A stretch of DNA of 64,000 bases from Hydrolagus colliei (lineage: Eukaryota): the NCBI GenBank assembly GCA_035084275.1, contig CM068743.1, forward strand, positions 115,506,001 through 115,570,000. Reading direction: 5' to 3'. The notes beneath the pieces are model-generated. The model searched no databases. It was not told where the DNA came from and saw only the letters and a program-made list of their open reading frames with translations. Positions 24,136 through 35,915 of this stretch are shown here, piece by piece. The position numbers were made by a program, and so were the translations under genes. Within the stretch, counting starts at the first letter, position 1; each line of letters starts with the position of its first letter.

Positions 24136-25339
24136 ACAGAAGGCAAGCAAATGGGGACTATCAAATGAAAGGATTATTAGTATTATTATTAAGTACTTCA
24201 CACCAACCAATAGGCAATCAACCTTCCAGAGTCGATTTCTCACGGATCATCAAGAATTCTAATACAAATTAGGAATTCCCATTAACAAATGTCACAAATT
24301 CGCATACTTTTGATAACAGTAATCTTCCATTTGATATACAGAAAACTCCTGATATATTGTCAATCTAAGGGAAAGCATTCTGAGTTGCCACCCGCCATGG
24401 AGGGTGCCATATAAATGCAAGTTGTTTTTGTTGTAAATAGCTCAGTGACTTTATATCCAGGGTGATTACATAAGCATGCGTTCTCCAGGGCCATTAGGGG
24501 GTGCTGGGGCTCGGAGGACACCAACACACAATGTGCCTGGGCTGAGTAAGCAGCTGTCAGTGTGACTGGCGGCCCCAGGTCCCACAACTGTCAGTTTATT
24601 AGTTAAAACCCATTTAAGTAAAGTACTGTATAACGTAATGTATATATAGGCAGTGTGTCTATAAATACATGTATTTTGTTTCCTATCACTTATTTGTTAC
24701 TCTCTTGGAAACTATGCCCTTTTCAGGAGATGTAGTGTATTAAAGAACACAGGTACTGTATTTCCAGGTTATATGTGAACACCAAAAATCTTTACGTAAT
24801 AAACCAATTGCATACAACAAAATACATTGTACGGTACTGTATTTTCAACATGACAAAACATGTCAGACCATCAGATATCACTCATCCATCCTAGAAATGC
24901 ACAATTTGCAAGGTGATGTATTTCATACAAGAGTGCAGATTCACTTTAGCCACCTTGCCACCTCCCCAGTCATTCTGCAAATACAAATATTCTCTCATTT
25001 GAGTAATACAATTGGAGTAATTCAACTGAAAGCCACAAATCTACTGCAAATCAGAAATTTAAAAAGTAGCTCACAAAGTGAGCTGAAAGTATCTCAATAT
25101 ACTTCGGATAAATAGTCTGGAATAGTCAGAGGCAGATAATACACATTGTCCTGCGCTAGCCGGGATATTGACAGTATGATGATATAAGCCATGTGATGAT
25201 ATAAGACAGGGCTTATTATCATGAGCTTCCTGCAGCACTTAATACTTGGAAACAAAAAGTAAAATGTAAAACAATGTTTCAAAGAGATTTCTGTAAAGTA
25301 TAGTGACTTATTGGTTGGTAAGTGAATACATAAATCAAA

Positions 25340-25512
25340 TTGATCAGAACAATGCACCACAAACAGCCAAGAGGTGAATAACCAATCTTATTTTGGGAGA
25401 TTGTTCTGCAGGACAACAGGAGAAACTCCCTTCTCTTTTTGAATAAGCCATGGGATCTTTCATGTCCATCTGATCAGGCAATCTGAACCCTGGTTTAACA
25501 TTACATCCAAAG
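25340..25512 (-). mobile_element. Deu-domain SINE core fragment
   Basis: ggagaaactcccttctctttttgaataagccatgggatctttcatgtccatctga. Confidence 0.75.
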
Positions 25513-25699
25513 ATATATACACACACATATATATATATATGCACATTTAAAAATGGCATTTGATTTTTTTTCAAAAAAGATAAGGTGTTTGAACCTTAAC
25601 TTTAAAATTCTGACACCAGCAAAATAATCACTCTGAAGTGGGAAAAGTTTTACAATTACATATAAAAACGAGCAGCTGCTTTCTTCTTTCTCTGTTTAA

Positions 25700-26010
25700 A
25701 CGTCTTCTTACACAGGATGGTAAATGGTAATTAGAGTCAATATAATCATTTGCTGAGAGAGCACCTTGTCCTTGCAGTGTTTATATCATCATCAAAGATC
25801 TGCCTTTAGGCTTTAACTTGTTAATAATTTAAGGTGTGCTCTGCATACTTTTATCAGGAAGCCTAGTTATTGAGTTTGTAAACCAGATGATGATTTATGG
25901 TAACACCTTCACATGAGTCATGCTCATTAAATGGGACAGTTTGCAGTAATCAAGAATGTGGGGTAAAGTATATTTTTCTGACTAAAAGGGAGGCAGACAT
26001 TTGCAGCGGA
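25700..26010. promoter_or_regulatory. Candidate enhancer (TCF, PBX-HOX, AP-1 motifs)
   Basis: ATCAAAG 25791-25797, TGATTTATGG 25891-25900, CATGAGTCATG 25912-25922. Confidence 0.45.
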
Positions 26011-26799
26011 AATGTTCCCTATTTTCTATGAATGTGTGTGTATTGATAGGTTGAGGATTGTTCCACCCTTAACATTACACTTTTGTCACGCATGCAGGCT
26101 CTTGCTTGTTGATCCTTTTTCTCTCTTAGAAAGGAATGTTGGTTACATTAAGCAAGGTGGAGTTTCCATAGAAAGGATTTACATAGCGTTATTTAACATC
26201 ACACATTACAAACCATCACCTATCCCCACATCACATGGGAACACCCCAGCAGCTTGAGCAATAAACACATGATTTATTTTGGGTGCAAATCAAACAATCA
26301 GTGAGCAATGTGAAGTAGGGTGGGTAGGTGGTAAGAGAACATTTCATAAAATCAGTAGTAACACTTCTGTGGTCTAAAATGTATGATTAATTGAAATTAA
26401 TCATTTTGGGTGGGAATAACCAACTGTATTTGGAAGTAGGTTTTCCAAAGGACTTAAACAGCTTCAAAATTGATACTGAATTCATGAATGTTTCAGAATT
26501 CTGCATCTTAAATTTTTTAAAACAGTGTTTTAAGACTCAGAGGCTGAGAAATTCTTCAGAGCCTGTGTTTTGCCTGGTGGAGGTCCGTGAATCTGATTTT
26601 ATTTTCCTTAACTCTTTTGTTCAGGGAGATTTTGTAAGATAAAACATTGTGGGATTTGGTGTCTGGGGTGGGGGAAATATCCTATTTTGCTCAACAATGC
26701 GACTAGTGGAAGCCAGAAATTGTCTTTAAAGGAATAAATAACTTCTCTTCATTTGTGGAATTCTTGGTTGGCAATAAGGCCAGCACCTACACCTGCTCC

Positions 26800-27290
26800 A
26801 GCTTTGCTCCGTGTTGGTGTTGAAAGAGCTCACGTTTCTTTCAAAATCGTGGAACAAACCCTGCTTTATGAAGAGCATGTGAGGTGCCCGCGGAACTGCT
26901 TTGCTTAAATAATTGAGCACAGCGCAAACAAGCAGTGAGCCAGTTCATAAAAGTGAAGCTGGTTGGCAAACCTTCATTCGGGAAGCTTTCCTCCGTCTTG
27001 ACTTGTGCAATAGACTAATTGTTAAAAAGATGGTTTCTTTGGCTATTATTGGACGTGCAATTCCCGTCAAGTGCCTTCAGGCCAGAGATGATTTCTTTAC
27101 TGCGGAGGCAATCAGCTCTGACCAATCAGTAATGAGGGTTAATAAGCTGATCGATTGGTCTCTGAGCAGCTCTGGCCTGGCTCCTCACTGACTGGCTCTA
27201 GCCTGGCCTCAGGCCAGGGGTTGGGAACTTTTAATTATCAGCAGCTACTCCACTGATTGAATGGTCAATGGTTTTACTGCTCAGGCATCA
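26800..27290. promoter_or_regulatory. Candidate enhancer with AP-2 sites
   Basis: Repeat-free block with GCCTTCAGGC (27073-27082) and GCCTCAGGC (27206-27214) inside a palindrome, plus TAAT cores. Confidence 0.45.
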
Positions 27291-29199
27291 CATCTTGAAT
27301 AATAATAGAAAACAATGTGGGGGCACTCAGCACAGTACAAACAGTGGGTTGTAGCACTGGACACTTGGATGGGTGGCTCGCAAGATAAGGAGAAACCTTA
27401 TTTTGAGAGGAAAAAGAATGCAGTAGAAATTGATTACAAAGTACGTCAGCATGTTTAAAAATGGGGGCAGGCCAGAGGTTTTCAGTCTATTCACTTTTAC
27501 ATCCATTTCCAAAAACAACCAGCATGATGGCTCTCGCATGCATATATATGTGCTCTGCACAACACTCTGTGCCAGCTTCATTACTATTTATATTTCCATA
27601 CACTTGCATTGTGCACTCAATTCATAATTGTCCAGTTTTTTCTAATTAATCACAAAAGATTTTTGTTTTGCCTCCAGCTAATTCTAGGGTGACTCACAAT
27701 GGCAAGCCACAGCTCATACATCAAACACAGGCCTTATTTTACTGGATCCTTCTGCTAGGGAACGTTGCTTTGCTTCTCAGTACCGCGGTGGGACTCACTA
27801 GGCATGTGCAGCCTGGGGCAAAGGAGAAGCGTTACGATCTGTCCTCAGCCTTGTGACTTGTTATTTTTGTCGGCTGATGCTTTCTAAGGCCATAACAACT
27901 CCAGATATTTTAGCACAATTTCAGTTATGAACATTATGTGCCTTATTTTTTTGAATTTTTCCCTTTTAGGGTTGGGTAAGAGAGGAAGGAGGAGGATATT
28001 TATAAGAATCAACACATCAGATGCGTACAAATTAGATATTATTAGAAACAATTCTACTGTGGAAGAATCTCTCCTAAAATGGGTAACAGATCTGTGTCAA
28101 GAAACGTTTACCTATTGAAATCAAGCCAGTTCTGCTTTAAAGTATTTCAAAGAGAATATCATTTTAAAATTGTCACTTTGAGATTAAATAATGAAGGCAA
28201 ACAGTATCCCTTTGTGCTGGCCTAAAAAGGCTCTATTTCACAACTGTCAGCTATCAGATATCCTCACAAATCCTCTTTAACCCTGCTCAGCTTTGTCATA
28301 AAAAAATGCCATCATTGAAGGTGCCAAATGCCAGGAAGACTATTTCAGGTTAGCAGTAGAATCATGGTGGTATAAATTTCACTAGAATACACTTGTGACA
28401 GTTTCGCAAACAGCCCCCTGCATCTCATGGAACAGGTGCACTACAGCTTTAAGAAATGCACCTCAGGCACCATTCAATCAGAACTGCTGTCTGCAACAAG
28501 ACTCCCACACTAAGTGGTTATAAAACAATTCGGTGAATCAGTAGTCCTAAGCACAATTGCATTGGACACTACAGTATTTAAATCAGCTCAATTAGTCAGT
28601 CTACCCTTCCCCAACCCTTCAATAATGTGTATGTAACTCAGTAAGCTTTCTACTAAAACAAAGCATGTTTGTGCAATATCATTTGCGCCTTTACGTTGGC
28701 TGCACCGTGGAGAAAGTTGGAAATAAAATTAAAATAATCTGTAAGGCAAACTTTTCTTGGTTGATTTTAAACAGTCCTTGTCAGTCACGCTTTGCACTGA
28801 GAAATAATATAAATATAATGAAGTTGGTACCACAAAGCAAACAAACAACTGAACGGCTTAGCTGTCTCTGATATCGAGACAAACATTGGAAGGTTAGCTA
28901 TTGTTTTATTCCACATTTATATTTATTCGTTTTATGAAATGGCAAATTCATTTAGTAGGTACTGGCCTCGTAAAATGTGTAGTCTCCTTTGGAGGTCTCT
29001 CAAAGACCTTCCCTATTCCAGCTCTTGGGAAGTGCAGGTGCAATGCCAAGCCTCTGTCTTTCATTCTATTTTTAGTATCTAAATAAATGATGTACATAAA
29101 TGAACAGAACACACTCAGTGATTATGCTGAAGTAGTACTTTTCTACTAGTTCCTTTTAAAATTGCCTGGATCCATGTGCTAAGTGATTAAGAATCTTTA

Positions 29200-29950
29200 A
29201 GGATAACAAATAGCATTAACCCCAACAAGCCCGTCGTTTGTGATCTTGCAGGTAACTGCCTATCATCACATCTCTAAACCCCTCCAGAATCACATTTAGT
29301 TGCCTCATGAAGTTGTTTATTGTCTTTACTTCCCTGGTAACCGATTCTACAAGTCTATTACCCTTTGTGTAAAAAGAAAAGTTCTGCCTCACTTCCCCTC
29401 ATATTCATAACTTCCTAATGTTTAACCCGTATCCTGCTTGGTTTTTCAAATCACCAAATTGGCTGAAATCATCCATTTCAATCCTTTTTTATTTGTGAAA
29501 ACTTCTAGCAGATAACCTCACGCACTCTTTTGAAAAGAGAAAAAGCCCAACTTATTTTAGTTTCTTTATGACTCAGATTCCCAAGACTTGAAATCTTCCT
29601 GATCGTTCATCTCTGTACCTTCTCAAGGAAAATAAATGTGTTTGTCTGCAAAATATGCTACGCTTTATAGTTTATCTTGTATGAGAACCTTCCCAATGTG
29701 AAAGACGTTGCATCAAATGCAAGGATTATGGTTTGTATTGTTCCAAAAGGTGACCAAGCCTGCACACAATCCTTTAGATGAAGTTTGATTAATTCCTGAT
29801 AATAAAAAATATATACTGTTTTGATTTATAATAATTCCTGTTAATTCCATTCAACCTACTGCCTTATTTGGCTTTTTTATATAGCCACAAAACACAAGGT
29901 TTGTGGCTTCATTGATTTGACCAAAATAACCCTTAAACATTCTGTTTCCT
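29200..29950 (-). mobile_element. Highly decayed CR1 fragment
   Basis: ctggtaaccgattctacaagtctattaccctttgtgtaaaaag and gagaaaaagcccaac...catctctgtaccttctc resemble the CR1 ORF2 end in antisense. Confidence 0.6.
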
Positions 29951-32739
29951 GATTAGCCTGATATATGACTGATCCATTGTACACATATTTGGGTTTATTG
30001 CTCTTACGCTAACTACTTTCCATATTGGGTTCCAAGACTAACACCTGAGGGTCCTTACCCCAACTGCTCATAGCCTCTTCAATGCCCTGAGGTGAATTGT
30101 ATTTGTAGCCAGTAAAACTGTTTCTTTGATGTATTCTAGATTTGTAGTTCCAGGGTTGAAAATCACCAGGTTTGATGCAATAATCATCACCAGTAATAAT
30201 TATCACATCATCTCAAAATTGCAGTGAAGCATCAGTGATAATTATCACATCATCACATAATGCAGTCAATAATTACTGATTGCCTGGATGGCACCCTCAC
30301 CCTAACTCTGGCACATTGGTTAGGCCTGCAGCCCAATGCCATCACTAGAGGTAATGGTTTCCAAGATGACGGCTGATATCAAACAAAACACATGCAGCCA
30401 GCAACTCCAGTAGCAGGTTTGGACTCAAACATTGTGTTGAAGTTCAGGATGGGGAGCCCAGGATTATTTCATTGCCATTTCTGATTATAATTACCATAAA
30501 TCGCCACATTACATCTTGCAAAATTAACTCTCTGGTCTTTAAGAATTTGCTATTATTATAGTTGTAAATAATATCTTTGAACTTGGTATAATAATGCTTA
30601 AATTTGGTACCATGCATTTCATTTTGGGAGGCCATTCCCAAGTAGAGACCATGGTCGGGGTAGGGGGAAGGAGAGTAGGAAAATTGACTACTTATTTGTG
30701 GGAGAAACGTGGCAGCCAAAGGATATACTATAAAATGCAGTGACTGCGTTTTGTAGACGAGCTTGGCAACCTATTTACACTCAGCAATGTCTCACAAACA
30801 GTCATGAACTGTATGTAGTCTAGATTTGTAAGCATCACTAATAGTGGCAAAGGGATGGAAGCCATCTTAGATTCAATTCAATTGGATCACAAAAGATATG
30901 CCAACGGGCTTTGACAGTGTGTACTTACAATGGCATAAGCACACACCTGAAGAGGCCAGTAAAATTACAGAAAATGGAAAAATAACTTCCATCAATTGAT
31001 TTTACATATATCACCCTTCTCATGAAAGAAGCTCTACAAAAGGATGACACAATGAACATCAATTAATATTCAAACAAGCAGCATTGACAATAGCTGTATA
31101 ATACTATTTGTATTCATTTGGGCCTTTTCAATTTGCATTCAAATTGGCTTTTTTTTAAAAAAGGGAAGTTTAGTTTTGAAGCCCTTTGCATTCAATACTG
31201 ACTCAGGTGTGATGGTAGAGTGCAGACTTTATCATTGTTGTCAGTGTAGCTCGTGCTGTCATAGGACGCAGGTCAAACTGCATACAGTCCTTTAGATGAT
31301 TACCCCAGGAAAAGCAATCCAGAAATTTACTAGCAACCAAGATGGTGACGGAGCAGTTTTATAAAATACTATGTAAAAGAAAACAAAAGTAACTTTGTTT
31401 ACTACTTATTATTACTCCTATCCAATTAATACAGCTCAGCTTCGGATTAATAACATTTGTTGGGTCTGAATTGCTCTGAGGTGCATTAAACACAGGCAAT
31501 CAGTGTATCTAAATCAATACCATGTCGATTACTAATGAGGATTCCTTGATAAATGGGATCATTTCAATTCCACCAGCTAAGTAATGGCCAGGTTTATCTC
31601 CTGTCTCATTCTCTGTAGTTACAAATGTCCAATTTCTGAACATTTTATTTAACTTTAACGTTTGATCTTACACAAACCATATTTTGACAAAGATTTGTGA
31701 ACAATGAATATAAGGTTGCATGCTATTCTCTAATGAATGTTTTGAGATGCATAGTTCACATTTCCTCAAGTGTGTGACTAAAGGGCCTACAGTCCATTTG
31801 GCCTAACACCAACCATACCATCTTCCTACTGTTAGAGAAAAGACCCATGCACTGATCTTAACTATTTAAGTTCCAAATAACTGATGATACTCTAACACTA
31901 CTATGTTAAATGTTGAACCAATTAAACTTAAATGGAGCCAGTAACGTGGCCTCTCACCTACCCATTTCCTAATAACTTGTTTCATGGTTATCCTCTATCT
32001 GATCACTCTATAGGCTACTGGATTTTAATTATGTTTACACTTCCACATTTTTTCTAGTTTTCTAGTTTGATAGATTTGAATTCTATCTGATTCACGGGAC
32101 TTTGCTTCGAAGATGAAAAATGCAACCAGTAACAATTTTGACATTGCAATACTAGCAGACTCTGTAATGGCAGTTTGCTCAACAGAATGAGATGAGAAAG
32201 CATTGCACAGGACACAATGGTCTCTATGTTCCTGGAGCTGGGGAACAGGGGATGTTGGATATCAAGGGAAGCTGTTTTTTGTTGAATAGAGATGTGGGGG
32301 ATGGGTGAAAGTTCTGGAGTTTGGGGTTAATGTTGTTTAGTGACTTGAAGAGTATGTGTGGGCTAGTTTCCTCAGAAGACTAGAGTAGGTCTGATGGAGT
32401 AGAGTAGAGTAGCTTCTGTGTAATCTGTGGAAAGATTTACAATTAGTGTACAGAGGTAACATCTTGATGTATGCCTATATAAAGGTATAGATTCATATGC
32501 TCTCTCTTGGTGCATTCATTGACAAGCACAGGGTTAATGCGGATGACACCCAAGTATTCTTTTCCACTTCAACCAAGATCCACCGATCCACCAGCACAAT
32601 ATGAGTGAATCTTGGGTAGAAGTGGAAAAGACATCCGAATAAGCCTTCATTTCTTCCTTTACAACATGGGTAAAACATAAAGTTTCCTCCTCAGTTCCTT
32701 CCAATATCTCCTCATTTCTGGCTCTGACTTTAATCTCTT

Positions 32740-33170
32740 GTCAAACTCACTGATCCATTGTCCAACTTTGGAGTTTGGGTTCAATCCTCAGCTCTCCTTC
32801 CTTCCTCACATTCAGTCCTGACCAAAATTTATTCTGTTCACTTTCATTACATTGTTCATTGTTCCCTCTGCTCAGCAATAGCAGGACTGCTGCATGTTGC
32901 CTGTCCCCTCTTCCCTAACATTGTTGGTTGAGTCTCTAGTATAATTACAATTATATAGCTATTATAATTATATATCTATTATATTTTACCATTTGCGATT
33001 CATTCTCTACCCCCACTCCCATCTGGGTTTGAATCCCACCTAAAAACTCACCTCTTCGATCAATGGTCACCACACCCTCCTCCCTCACTAGGCATCCAAT
33101 GCTATCCCTGTGAAGCATTTCTGGATATTGTCTCATGTGAAGGTCACTATATAAATGAAAGTTTTTGTTA
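32740..33170 (+). mobile_element. Old L2 3' fragment
   Basis: aactttggagtttgggttcaatcctcagctctccttcc and tail tgtgaaggtcactatataaatgaaagtttttgtt. Confidence 0.7.
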
Positions 33171-35519
33171 CCATAACAATTAAGTATTATTTTAAACATT
33201 TATATCCCACCACTTTATTGCTCAGCTACTGCATTCGCCAAATACTAGAATAATGGATATGTAACATTACCACCCAGTTTTCCAATGAATGTCGGAAATC
33301 AGTAGACAGAAGCTTGGTACTTTTAAACGCTTTAAGACTCCCCCTTACGTGAAAGGCACTATATAATTGTAAATTGTATGTATTTATAGCTGTCCTACAA
33401 GCCCTAAAGTAGACTACAGCATAAAACCACTATTTGACAACTTTCAGTTGTATATAGCAACAACAACAATAACCATTGCCATTCCAACAAATCCAACATG
33501 AAATAAGTTTCAGCTGATTCTTGAATAACACAATAGAGTCAAGAAAAAGGTAGTGTTCTGCCATTTACCAGTAACATTCCCCTGAGTTGCTATAAGGTAA
33601 ATCCCAACACAAACTGTTACTTTGATATTTATATTAAATTTTGAAACAAATTATGTTAAATTTTGAAACAAACATTGCGGGATGGAGGGTGGGTGGGGGG
33701 AGTGAACCTGTTTGCAATATAAATATTGATCATTGCATCTGATATAATGTCTATAACTTGGAAAAGTCTCAAAGTGCTTCATATAGTTCTGTAAAGTGCA
33801 GCGATTGTGTATTTTGTAGGTGAAAGGGACAGCAAATTTCTACCCAGCACTGTCCCACAAGCGGGCATAAAGAGAATGACTTTTATCTGGAGGATTGTTG
33901 GCCAGGACATTGGGAGAATCTCCTGTCTCTTTTTAAGCGTCATGGGACCTTTAACATAATAATATATCCTGGCTTTTGATACAGCACAGAGTCATGTCAT
34001 CAGGATATCTCCAAGTGCTTCACCGAATTTTACAGAGAAGACTGGTTACTATTTATTTGAGGCTATCATCTACTTATGAGCAGGTGGGACTTCAGTCAAC
34101 CATTTCAATTGAAGACTGCATGTCTGACAACCCACAACTTACCTAACCAGAAGCAAGAATAATACCAACTGAACTGAGTATACAACAAGATCACCAAATT
34201 ACATTTCTATAGCACCTTTCACGTCAGGAAGACATCCCAAAGCACTCAACAATCATTGTTTGGGGTCGAGCTGGGGTCGGGGATGGGGAGGATGGTGGGA
34301 AATGGGGGGAAGAGGAGTATATTAAATAATAATGGCATTATCCAAGCAGCTCTAGCATAGTCCTGCTTACATATACTGTTGAGAAAAATACAGAGTTGTG
34401 ATTCTATACCCCATTTATATTGATATAAGCAGAAATCTCTGTAACAATTTCAACAAATTACTAGTTAGAGATAAAAAAAATTATTCTGTTATTTTCGCCG
34501 TAATCTTTCCATCCACAAATATTGTCCTCGATGACGCGATGACTTGACATAGCGTGAGGATATTCTTCACAATCCACTATGCTTTAGGTGTCATCCATGT
34601 TGATGCTTATTGCAGTCTCTCTAGAAGTTTCTAAATGGAGTTTTGTATAATTGTTTCATTTTTGCACAGCAGATGTGTACACTAGAGTAACAGCTTCGAA
34701 TCTCCTCTCAGTGTTGATGAGGTGAGAGAAGAACGCAAAATATGCCATACAGTGAGTACTAGCTTCAAACCCCTCCATTTATACTTAAATAAAAGTCTAT
34801 AAAGACATTGTCTGGCCAAAGAAAGAATGGTAAATATTAAAAGTAGTATTCACAATGTGATACCATAAAATACACATTACCATATATATTCAATGTGGAC
34901 TTCATAAGATTTTATAGTGGCAAATATGAATAGAGTATTATTAGACTTCTTAACTGCCATCAAAGAGAATAGACTTTCATCCTATCAATCTAAGCTGCAT
35001 TTGATCCCAGGTCCCCTGAGGTGAAAGGACATTATTCTGACCCACTGTGCCACTCAGTTTCCCTGCATCTACCTTCTGAGTGTTATAGGCAGAATGGGTA
35101 AATCTGTGTTTTACTGGCATGACAGTCAGCTGATTATATGAATACTGTACTGAGTTTTTAAAAGATCTACAAACACATTGCAGTAACATTTACTGTAGCT
35201 ACATTTCATCTTAATTTCATCGCAGTTAATTATCAGGTCACTTGACAAAAAAAAACATCAGCCCTTACTGAATCACACAACTGGAAAGCAGCGTTTCCTT
35301 TTTTTTAATTAATTTTGTCTAGATGGCATTGCTGCGATTTATAATGGTGGTCAGGGAAGATCTACATTAATGGTAGTGTACAACAGAACATCGGTGTTCT
35401 CATCAGCCCCTGATCTTCTAGGTGCTAAGGGGTGTTATGTAGTGCTGGGTTTCTAGCTTGGGCTGCATTCTCTACTTTATGGCTAGAACCTCCACCTCTC
35501 AGTAATTACTGTATGATAA

Positions 35520-35915
35520 ATATAATGCATTTGATGTAGTGCCTTCCACATCAGGGGGACATCACAATCTGCTCACAAGATTTATTATAAAGTGTAGTGA
35601 CTGTGTATTTTGCACACAGCAATGACCCTGAAACAGCCATGAAGTGAATGATTAATTTTAACCCGGGGTATTATTGGCAGGGCACCAGGACAAAATCCCT
35701 TTGCTTTATAAAAAGTGCAATGGAACCTTTAATGTCCACCGATCAGACAGAAAGATTCTAAGTTTAACATCCCTTTAAAGGACAGCACATTTGACAATGA
35801 AGCACCCCCACTTATTATACAGTCTAGACTATGAGCTTAAAGTTAAAACTTGGGGTTTGAACCCACAACCTTCTGATTTGGAGGTGTGAATACTTACAAG
35901 TGAACCAGGCTGACA
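35520..35915 (-). mobile_element. Deu-domain SINE relic
   Basis: Deu core plus head ggggtttgaacccacaaccttctgatt. Confidence 0.75.
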
